DNA of 63,599 nt, the filler included, from Conidiobolus incongruus B7586 (lineage: Eukaryota): assembly GCA_000697335.1 (NCBI GenBank). It is 33 parts of 33 records of this genome, joined end to end, with 100 filler letters (N's around TTAATTAATTAA, not from the genome) between each part and the next. Parts side by side here need not be neighbours in the genome. Positions count along the whole stretch, not along the records: positions 28,022 to 29,808 come from JNEM01004572.1; positions 29,909 to 31,475 come from JNEM01004573.1; positions 31,576 to 32,750 come from JNEM01004574.1; positions 32,851 to 37,332 come from JNEM01004575.1; positions 37,433 to 40,091 come from JNEM01004577.1; 28 more parts are not named here. One strand, 5' to 3'. Shown piece by piece: positions 28,022 through 39,300 of this stretch. Position numbers and translations under genes: made by a program. Under the pieces are notes generated by a model. The model did not search any database and had not been told where the DNA came from. It saw only the letters and a program-made list of their open reading frames with translations. The number at the start of each line of letters is the position of its first letter. Positions within the stretch are counted from its first letter, which is position 1.

Positions 28022-29808
28022 ATTATATTTAATTTTTTAATATATATCTTAAGTATTAATATATTTCTAAACCAATTTAATTAAATATAATTATTAATAC
28101 TTTATTTTAATTCTCCTAATAGTTTTTAGTTAATTTTAATATTCTTTATTAAGTAAATTATAGTATTCATTAAATATTACTTGTTAATTCTTAAGAATAT
28201 TAAGAATTTATAAGCAATTATTATAATATAATAGGTTATCAATAATTTTAAATCTTTTATCATATTTTAATTAGTTATCTAATAATTTAAAGAATTGTTT
28301 TTTAATTAATATAAAGAGATTTTTATTTAACTCTATTTTTTAAAATAATTTAATAATTTCTTTATTTTTTTATTAATAATCATTAAGTTAATATTTGCTA
28401 GGTATTTATAATTAAAATAAAAGGATCAATATTTAAAATTTTATAATAAAGTATTTTTAATATAATTTTATTAAATTAAGAGATATTAATTAAACAAAAA
28501 ATAGGTTTAGATAGTATTAATATATTTAACTTATTTTCTTAATAAATATTCTTAGGTATTTAAGTAAATAAGTGATTTATAATTTACGAATGTTAATAAA
28601 AAACTATAAGATGAGAATTATAAATAATTTATAATTATTTTTATTAAAGCAAAGAATTTTTATTTATAAATTAAATATTTTAGTTTAGCTGGTTTTATTT
28701 TGTTTAACTAGAATTTTATTAGCTTTAAAATTATATTTATAAGGTTAAACTTAACTTATTCTCCCTTATTTACTATTTTATCTTATAATTAAAAGGTAAA
28801 ATATAAATTAAATTTAAACTTAGTTAACTATCTACTTATTATAAAAAAATCAAAATTAGTATAAATAGTAGTAAGTTGTATTAAATTAAAGATAAATAAG
28901 GTAAGAGCATTAAAAATATAAAAAATCATAGTATTTATATAAAAATTATATAATAGAGTTTATTAAAAAAAAGATTTTTTCAAGTGATTAATTAAAAAAG
29001 TTATAAGTTAAATAAAAGGATCAATGAAATTTTTAAAATAATTTAATAATTTAAATATAAATATAAGTTAATCTTTATTTATAATTATAGTAAAAGCTTT
29101 TATATTATTTAATTTAGTTAGATTAATATTAACTATTTAAAAAAAATAATATAATTATAAAAAAAGATAGAGGAAATAATAAAAATATATTTTAATAGTT
29201 TTAAAGATAATTTATATTTTGGAATAATTTGTAAAACTTAATTAAAATAATAAATATATTTGTTTTTATTTTTTAAATAGATTGAGAAATTATTAAGAGA
29301 AATAATAATAAAGTTATTAAAAACAAAATCAAAAAAGGAATTGATATACCAAATAAAAATTACAAAAATATTATACAATTTGAAGATTATAAAATTAAAT
29401 TTATAATAGCTGAAAATAATATTATAAGTTACTAAGGGAATAAAATTTTCTTTTATTTTCATATTATAATAACTATTTTTATTTTTTAATTTAATGAATA
29501 TTATTGATTTAATTAATTAATCCCTAATATTATATAGGTTTAATAATAAAGTTTTATCCTTAATAATTTTAGTTTTAAAAATATAATTATTAATATATTA
29601 TTTTTAAATACTATGAAGCTTTAATATAAAAAGAATAAGAAATTTTTATAATAAGGGAAAAAGTTTAATATATCTTTTTTTAAGTAATTTTTAGAATTTT
29701 TCTTTTAAGGTTTAATATTTTTTATAAGATAAATAATAAGCTTTAAGTATTGTTATATACTAAAAAGAAGATTAATTTTGTATTTATTATTTTATTTAAT
29801 AGTAATAA
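28022..29808 (-). mobile_element. Gypsy family G2 pol fragment, degenerate
   Basis: ORF 29238..29462 (FSYYKF..IIFKLYN..F...IN..F...NNFIIISLNNFSIYLK) is a transition-degraded RT core (GHYEF..MPFGLCN...YLDDILIYS). Confidence 0.8.
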
Positions 29809-29908
29809 NNNNNNNNNNNNNNNNNNNNNNNNNNNNNNNNNNNNNNNNNNNNTTAATTAATTAANNNNNNNNNNNNNNNNNNNNNNNNNNNNNNNNNNNN
29901 NNNNNNNN

Positions 29909-31475
29909 CAATATTATTTTTAGTATTTAGTAACTTAATAAGTTAGACTTCTCTGATATATATAATTTAATTTAAAGAATCATTAGTTTATTAAAACCTT
30001 TATAGATTAATTTAGAATCTGTTAATTAATTATAGAAAAATGATATTAAAGTTATATTGATATTATTTAAGTCTGAATTATAATTAATATATTAAAATTA
30101 TTGAAGGTTAAACTAATGTTGTTTTTTTAAAGTATATTTATTAACTTTATAGTTTTTAAGTTTTTTAATAATATTAATAATCTTTATTTATTTTTAAATA
30201 ATCTTTAACTTCTATACTAAGAGTTTTCTTAAAGAGTTTTAAAATAGAAATATTTATTATTTAAGATTTAAGTGAGTTAAAATAAATATTAAAGGATTAA
30301 TTCTTAAGATAAAAAAATTTAATAATGAAATAAAAAATATTAATAATCATAATTATTATATTACAAATATGAAAAAAATTAAATTATTAAAGTGTTCTTT
30401 ATTAATTAACTAAAATTTTACATAATGGTTAATATATTATAATAGTTTATAGATTTGTTTTTTTTATGATATTTGATATATTTAAACATATCTGATTAAA
30501 TTTTTTAATCAATACTTTGTAGACATTTTTTATATAAGTTAAGAAAGCTTTTCTCTTTTTAATTAAACTTAATTTTTTACATAATATCTTTTTTAAAAAC
30601 TCTTTCTAATTGTTTAAAAATTTATATTCTTGTAATAAGTTATCATTTTGAAAATTCTTTAGAATTAAGATTTTAATAAGTTAACTACTAAGTATAATTA
30701 AAATTTTCCAAAAAAATTATTAATTTAATGATATTCTTTAACTCTTAGTTAAGGATTAATTTAAAAAAATTCTTTATATTTCTTAGATAATTTCCCAAGC
30801 TTATAAAACTTTTTTAAAATATAATCAATAATTAATTTATCTTTAAAAATATAAAGAAGGTGATTTAATATATTAATAATAATAAAATAAATAGTTGATT
30901 AGATTTAAGCTATTTAAGTTATATTTTCCTTAATTAAAAGTTATTTAATATAAGCTTATTAGAGGGTAACAAGCTTTTAAAAACTAAAGTTTTAGATTCA
31001 ACTAATAATTAAGCTATTATCATTATTATAATAATATAAGGGTATTTTTTGATAGCTTTATAATATATTATATTATATTTAATTAAAATAAATTATTAAT
31101 CAGATTTAAAATAATAATAAATAAATTTAATAAAAATAGTTATTAATTTTCTAATAGATTTTTAATAATTTATTATTATTATTAAATAAGTATAATAGTA
31201 AAAGGTTATTAATATAATATAGAGGAAATCTAATATAAAGTTAATATAATATATAATATGGTAATATGATATAAGATATAGTGTGGATATATAAACAAAG
31301 TTTAATTAAGCTTTAAACTAGGATAAATCATTAATATATTAAAATTTATATTAGGTTATAATAATAAACTATATTTTTAATGGAATATAATTTCAATATT
31401 AGAAATAGTAAAAAAAATAAAAAATAATAAGAATAGAGAAGAAATAAGGGAATTTAGTCTATTAAATAATTTAAT
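29909..31475 (-). mobile_element. Gypsy family G2 probable gag-region fragment
   Basis: 29909-30520 is colinear with 22140-22753; the remainder has the same CpG-free composition. Confidence 0.55.
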
Positions 31476-31699
31476 NNNNNNNNNNNNNNNNNNNNNNNNN
31501 NNNNNNNNNNNNNNNNNNNTTAATTAATTAANNNNNNNNNNNNNNNNNNNNNNNNNNNNNNNNNNNNNNNNNNNNTACTAAAATTACTAATATATAGAAT
31601 AAATAAAAAAGCTAATATTATCATATTATAATTATCAATAATAATAATATTTATTAAATTATTTTTAATTAGGAATTTATGAATAAGTTATTTTATATA

Positions 31700-32050
31700 A
31701 ATTTATTAATAATTTTTGTAAATAATTTTTTATATTATTAAGCTTAGGTATAAACTATATATAATCTTTTAAAATCTATTAATATTTTATAAAAATAATA
31801 ATTATCCAAAATACCATTAATTATTAAATTCTTTATTCTTAAGATTATATTAATTTATTTCATAATTTAATTAAATCCAAAATCTGATTTAAATTATCAA
31901 TTTATTATTTATTAATAAAATAAAAGGAATTATAATATATCTTTCTATCATAGTTAAAGTATTATCCAAGTAATTTAAAATTGATAATAAAAGTATATTA
32001 AATATGAATAAACTTAAACTATAACAAATAGGTCAGAATATAAAATAAAT
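31700..32050 (-). pseudogene. Possible relic of a multi-pass membrane (GPCR-like) gene
   Basis: Minus strand, across a frameshift, reads ITWIIL/LTMIERYIII (ERY at 31937-31945) with in-frame stops nearby. Confidence 0.25.
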
Positions 32051-32087
32051 ATATTAAAATATAATAAAGGATTAAGAAGTTTAAATA

Positions 32088-32750
32088 TTACTTTGTAATT
32101 TAAATAATGGGAATTTTTTGTAATTAAAAAAAATAAACATTTTAATATATAAAAAATAAAAATAAATATATAATATACAATTAATAATTTCTTTTATTTT
32201 TAATAACTTTTTGCTATACTTTTAGCAAAAATCTAACACTTAAAAAATAATTTTTTTTTATTAAAAACTGAAATTTAATGTTTTACAAACTAATTAAATT
32301 TTTTTGTAGAAATTTTCTTTCTTGCAAGCTGGTTTTTTAATTACCTAAAGCAATTATAATCATATGGGTTATAATCTAGGGAATATATTAGATATGGTAG
32401 TTTTTTCCAGTTATTTCTAATTAGTAAGTTTTTTAAAACTTTAGATTTATGTATTTTATAATTATCATGCAAAATAATAGGTTTTCTTAAATTATATAAA
32501 GAATACTAATTAGAAATAATTTTATTTAAAAAAGAAATATAAAGTTTACTATTAATTAATTTTTTTTTTAGGAACTAAATAAAAATAACATATGCTATTA
32601 TAATCAATTATAACAATTAATAATTACTTATCAATAAAATGCTTATTTAAAGGAATTTGTAAAGAGGATTGATTTAGCTTAATCCAACACCTTGATTTAT
32701 GTTTTAATATAGGATTATACAAAAAAATTAAAGATTCATCAATTATAATA
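32088..32750 (-). mobile_element. mariner family B 3' half
   Basis: ta|ttactttgtaatttaaataatgggaatttttt terminus; attatcatgcaa is the reverse complement of LHDN. Confidence 0.9.
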
Positions 32751-34330
32751 NNNNNNNNNNNNNNNNNNNNNNNNNNNNNNNNNNNNNNNNNNNNTTAATT
32801 AATTAANNNNNNNNNNNNNNNNNNNNNNNNNNNNNNNNNNNNNNNNNNNNGTTATATTCCAAATATATATACATAGCATATATTAAATAATAATAATTTA
32901 TATTTTAATAGTTATTGATATAAATAATAATAATGAGCTTTAAAAAGAAATTGATTTTAAATTATTATTCAATTATATTTATATAATATTGAAATAATCA
33001 TTAATATTAAAAAAGATATATATATATATATATATATATACTTATTTATCGATAAGACTCAAAATTATTTCAAGCTTTGATGTTAAATATTATAAATATC
33101 CTTAGATCAATATTAATATAAAATATTAATAAAATAAAATAAATCTGTTCTATAATATTAATGATAATATTCGAGCTTTATTTGCTTTTCTCGAATTAAA
33201 ATAGGGAATATAAATTGACTATAAATACATAACAATTAAATTGTTATAATATATACTATAGTTATTATGATAGTAAATTTAATATTATAAGTACAATAAA
33301 TAGATATATATATAATATTTATAGCCTTAATTAGATCATTATAGGATAAATCCAATTCCTATTTTATTATACTATATTAGATTTGAAAATCCTTAAATTT
33401 TCCGATCAAGTTATCAAAAAATATTTTTAAAGTATATATATATATCGGTAAAGATATATCCTTGGCAACTTAAATCCGCATCACATTTTAGAATTCATAA
33501 TATTAATTTTATCTTTTCATCTCACTTGTGGCTATGATATATTATTATACTTTTAATTAAATTTTAAAATTAAATATATAATAAAATAAATGTTATTATA
33601 TGGCATACATAATTTAAAATTATAAAAAACTAATAACATCTTTCAATGAATAGCTTTATCAAATAAGATTTTAGTAATTTATTCATATACACTTAGTAAA
33701 AATATTGTTAATAAATCTTTTTTTAAATTATGTTAGGCTTTATTAAAACAAAATAAATTATTTGAATAGTTTTAATAATACAATTTGATTAATTTATTAC
33801 TAATATTTCGTCATTTTAATTAACAGAATTTTATTATTCTTTATTATCAAACATTTAATTATGCAAATATATATATATAATGTATAATTTAATTTAATTA
33901 ATATCAACTTTGGCAAATTATTAATTCAATTAAGTCAGGCTTATAACAAATAATATCCCTGTATCATCATTTAGTTATAAGAAACTAATAAACTTTTTGA
34001 TCTTTAAAACAAATTAATTAGTTACTATAACCCAGCTGTATAAAACAATGATTAGAATTTGTTTAATTTTATTAACTTAAAAATATGAATTCATACTTGG
34101 TTCTAAAATGATTCCAAAATTGGATAATAATTAGTCATAATTAAAAAAAGTTCAGCATGAAAATTAAAGAATTTAATAATTTATAAAATTTGGAATAAAT
34201 AAATAATGCAAAAAAATTTATTATGATTTGAGGGAATGTATGATTAACTACAAATACGGCGGAGTATGATGAGGATGAAGATGAAAGATGGAAAAGGTAA
34301 ATAATGATACTGTTTTAATGGTGGTGGTGA

Positions 34331-34903
34331 CTACGTCCTCAAGACAAATTGTTTCTTTTTGTGCTCAGCATCGAATTCAACTTTGAGAACTCGTCTCCTG
34401 GCGTTGATAAACCAGTTTTCAATCTGTCGAGAACAGAGCTTGGTTTGAATGGCCAGTTGATCCTTCTCGCTTTCTTTGGGGTAGGGATGGTCAATGTGCT
34501 TAATTAGCCATTCTTTTAGGATTTCTACCGAGGATTTGTCAATGTTAATTCTGGGCTTTTTGGGCGGGAAACAGTTGGCTTGATTGAAGTCAATGAATTG
34601 AACCTCCTGTATGGGTGGGTTTGCGGGTTGGATGGGGCTGGAGGGCGTCGTCGATGCTGGTGAGGAAGCGGAATTGGAGTCTGAAGTGAGATCGGGATGG
34701 GAGAGATCGAATAAAGGTTGGTCATTCATGGGATTGAGGATTTTTTTCAAGTCTGAGGGGAGTGAGTGGTATGAAAGTGCTGAGGTTGTATGAGGGTGGG
34801 TGTGGGAAGAAGTTGCTGAAGGAGTAAAAGCGATGAACTTATCACCGAAAGGTGAAGAATTCTTTCTGGAGTGTCTCTTCTTATTTCTGATAACTAAACT
34901 CAT
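34331..34903 (-). CDS. TALE-class homeodomain transcription factor (Homeobox_KN; TGIF/MEIS/Cup9-like, I50), 190 aa, intronless
   Basis: Intact GC-rich ORF. C-terminal LKEWLIKHIDHPYPKESEK...QIENWFINARRR carries the TALE PYP loop and WFIN helix 3. Basic N-terminal patch and Ser/Pro-rich linker. Confidence 0.95.
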   Translation of the reverse strand: MSLVIRNKKRHSRKNSSPFGDKFIAFTPSATSSHTHPHTTSALSYHSLPSDLKKILNPMNDQPLFDLSHPDLTSDSNSASSPASTTPSSPIQPANPPIQEVQFIDFNQANCFPPKKPRINIDKSSVEILKEWLIKHIDHPYPKESEKDQLAIQTKLCSRQIENWFINARRRVLKVEFDAEHKKKQFVLRT

Positions 34904-34954
34904 AATAATAAATATTTTGAATGAATGCTAAGCTGAATCCAGTCGCTTGTACCT

Positions 34955-34964
34955 TAATATATAC
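34955..34964 (-). promoter_or_regulatory. Candidate TATA element of the homeobox gene
   Basis: Minus strand TATATATTAA about 55 bp upstream of the ATG; weak evidence in AT-rich DNA. Confidence 0.3.
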
Positions 34965-34973
34965 TACAAATAA

Positions 34974-36345
34974 TGTCAATTCAACATTTTAACTAAAAAT
35001 TGGTAATTTTTTATTAAAATTGCGTGATCGTAAAGTAAAATTAAAAATTTCGATAATTGATTACCAAATTTGGGAGAGATGTCAAATTCAATTTGGAAAT
35101 CACGCAATTAGATTACAGAGTTTTCTAATTTAAAAATAGTAAAAAATTCCCTTTGAGTTCCGATAATTGGGTGCTTAATTTCAATTTGTTATCATTTTCA
35201 ATTGAAATCTTGATATTTTTTTTTAATTATCAAATGACAGTTTTATTAATTGACAACAAAACAAAATTTAATTAAAATCAAACTTCTCTTATCTATCAAA
35301 CATTATTCAATATCTTTGAAAAATGATTAATAATCTTAAGAAATCACCAAATCATTTAAAAATTTTAACAAAACCAAAAATAGAAATTTTTAAACTTAAT
35401 AATTTCGCTAAATTCTAAAAATTCTTTATCAGTTTAAAATCCCACTGGATTTACCACACGCCTACCTCAATAACCAATCACTCCCTACAGTTTTTAATAT
35501 TATCCACAATATTTAATTTATCTGTCAAGCTCAAATTAGTAATTTGCGCTGATTATGTTATCATTTAATTTAGAAATTTTATCAAATTATTATATAATAG
35601 TTGTCAAATTCAATATAAATTGCGTTATTATATATTAACTTGATTAAATTTTTATATCTAATCTTGAATACATTTTGTTATAAATAGGAGTTTGATCTGA
35701 GATTAAAGGTGTTCAGCCTGGATCTTGTAGTTAATTTATTATATGACAGGTTTTTTAATTAAAATGTAAGGGGATACTTATTATAGATTGATGAATTGAT
35801 ACACTTATCAATTTATTCTATTATTTCAATATTAATAAATAAATATTCGTTAAAAATTTTCAATAAAAACTAATAATCATTCAATTCAATTTTGTAAAAT
35901 TAATTAAAATTACACCCTCTAATCAAATACCGATTATTCAATTTTTGAACAACTCAATATCGTTGTCATACTTCTATGAGAGCCGAATCATTTAATGACA
36001 AATAAACAATACAATATATTACGAAAATGTTGAATGTTTCATTATAGACTATTTTTAGTAATTAATTCTTTTTTGATTTTACCTCTTTCATTGAATCAGA
36101 AGTTTGTGACATTAATATTGCTCCATATTTGTCAATCAATATCATTTATTTCAAATTTATAATGAAAAAGTTGTCAACTTTACAAATTTTTAGAGATTTC
36201 ATTATGGAGATAAATTTTTAATGGATATTTGACGCTTATATGGAATTCTTAGGATAGTATTAGGGCAAATTTAATTAGAAACGTGTAGAGATACAAGATA
36301 TTTTACATTTATATTAGTATAGTTTGGATCAAACTTAACTTGACA
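34974..36345. promoter_or_regulatory. Cluster of 13 TGACA/TGTCA sites upstream of the TALE homeobox gene
   Basis: Sites start at 34974, 35080, 35235, 35251, 35523, 35602, 35744, 35964, 35996, 36107, 36130, 36172, 36341. Confidence 0.7.
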
Positions 36346-39300
36346 AATTTCATAGATTCAAATATATAAAATGGGAATATATTAAAATAAAATTGACCAG
36401 ATATTATTCAGTATATTTTATAATTTGAATTTTTTTATAAAATCATAATTTCTAATTATGATCTTACTGTTCCTGGAACTTTCATTACTTCTGAGCATGC
36501 TTATCAGTATTTAACCTAGGCCTAGATAAATGATCATTTGAAACACATATATTTGGATATAATCTTATAATAATATTGAGTTTCAATCAATATAACACTA
36601 GACACACTATTGCTATGAATAAATTATGGACAATTTTAATTATATTAAAAACTTTGAATAATTTAAAATATTAAAAACATAAATACTAAGATATTATATA
36701 TAAATTAACAAATACCATTTATATCATTTTTTGTTAATATTCCTATATTTTTTTATTAATTATAAGTATATTTATTGATATTCAATTCAAATTTTGATAA
36801 ATTAATATTTGAATCATAAATAATTAAATATTAATCAAACAATTGAGTAATAATTATATTATTATCATTAATTGAATATAAATAATTTTGAAATTAATAT
36901 TATTCATAAATTTTATAATTAAATTAAAATTAATTCAAAAACTATAATATTAAAAATTAATATAAATTTTAAAGATATTTGAATATTATTGATTATTTAA
37001 TAAGACTCAAATTATCAATACTTAATCAAAACTTATAAAATATATTTTGAAAAAAAATTATTTCAAAATTTTAATATTAAGATTCCAAATAATAAGCCCA
37101 ATATTTTAAAATTAATATCTCAAATATAGAATATTTTGGGATATTAAATAAAAAAAATATTTTAATATCTATATCTTTTAAAGTAATTATAAAAAGGAAT
37201 TATTTTGAAAATAACTATTTATAGCTTGAAATTTTTGAATTAATTTTATAAATAATATTATTCGGATAGAGTTCAAAAATATTTTTTTTAAATTTTTATA
37301 TTTTTCTAAATTAATTAATAAAAATAATAATTNNNNNNNNNNNNNNNNNNNNNNNNNNNNNNNNNNNNNNNNNNNNTTAATTAATTAANNNNNNNNNNNN
37401 NNNNNNNNNNNNNNNNNNNNNNNNNNNNNNNNATAAATTATTTCAATAATTTCTATTAAGTATATTAAAATTCATTCAAGAATTATTAATATATAGTAAC
37501 AGGCTAAATTTTGAAGATACAAATGAATTTTAATAACTAATATATATAAGTTTGTATTGAACATAAAAATCATATTCGAATATCTTGTAAATTGGTAAAT
37601 AATTATGATATTAAAATTATTTATAACATTTATATTAATTAAATTTTAAATAATTTCTCTAAAATTATTATATATCAAAATTCATAAACTTCATATATAA
37701 AATATTTATTTCATAAAAATTTAATTAAATTTTTGATTTTTTTAAGATTATAAGTTCACTTCGATAATTCAAATATGTAAAATTTGTTATTTTGAAATAA
37801 ATCACTATTATTGACATTTATATTGTTATTAAAATTCTTGTAAAATGTTTTTAGTAAATGATTTCTTAATTTACATATATTAATTTGTTTTTATTAAATA
37901 TATATATAACTATAAACAAATTAAATATATTTTTAAAAATTAAAAATTTTATTTAAATCAAGAGAGATATTTATTTTATTATATTTTTTCATTCAATTTA
38001 TATTTTTAGAATTCAAATTGAAAATAATTGATATTTATAATATTTATAGGTTCAAATGATATTATAAAAATATTTCCATTATTTTTGATAAAAATTCAAA
38101 ATATTTGGGATTGATTATGACTAATTAACAAATTTCGATTGATATTATATTAGAAACAAATAAAAATCAATTGGGTATTAATTTTATGAAATCGATTATT
38201 TAATATTAATAAATTTAATTTGATATTTTCAATATATAAATTTATAAAATTAAAATTCATATGAAATTTTAATTACTATTTATATCATAATCATTTTGAA
38301 TTTTGAAATTAATTAATTATAAATCCATTGGTTATTAAAAATATTTTTTATATTTATATTTTTTCATATATTTACTATTGTTTAAATGGTTTAATATATT
38401 ATCACAATTTGAATTCTGAAATAATAATAAATTAATCTATAATTGATTAATGTCAATCATAAAAATAATAAATATCAATTAAATATATTTTCATAATATC
38501 AAAACAACATTTATCAAATATTTCAATTATATTTTTAATATGTTTTTAATTTGTTTTGAAAAAAAATTCAAAATTTAATAATTGAATGTAAAAATTTATA
38601 TAGGAATTATTTTTATAATTCGTTTAAGTCAACTCATTAATCATTAATATTCAAATTATATACACATTCATTTCGCAAAAATCAAGTATTTTGATATCAT
38701 TCAAAAATAATCTATTTTATTTACCAATATATATACAAAATTGAATTTAGTAATTTAAATGAAATAAATATTTATTAAACTTTACAAAATTAATATTTGT
38801 ATAAATTTTAATTTACTTATTACCATTATTAGTTATATTCAAATTAGAAGGTATATTGCAACTTAATTTGAACATACGATTAAATATTAAATTATGATAT
38901 TTAATATTAAAATATAATATATTATTAAAAATTTTATTAAAATCAATTGGTTATATTTTAAAATTTATAATCAAAATATTTGTTATCTTTTTTATGGTTA
39001 ATTTTAATATAAATAATTTATAATAGATATATAAAATCTTTACAAATTTGTTATATTTTATAAAAAAATATAGGGCAACTTAGTTATAGAAATTGATATA
39101 TTATTAAAATATATTTATTTTTCATATTCTAGTTAATAATTTAATATATAATTTAAAAAACTTCAATAAAATCATATTTTATTTATAATTTTAGATCTAA
39201 TAATTATAAATTAAAAATAATTATTATAAAATTTCGTTATTCACAAAATGATTAAATTATTTTTAAATATATTTTTTTGAAGTTTAATATTAATATCAAG

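Noticed and set aside
34525..34793. Two ORFs overlapping the homeobox gene
   Set aside because: Alternative-frame and antisense shadows of a GC-rich CDS.
36450..36520. Peptide SNYDLTVPGTFITSEHAYQY resembling a NADAR/YbiA SEHxYQ motif
   Set aside because: Only ~22 codons bounded by stops, with no supporting exon; likely chance.
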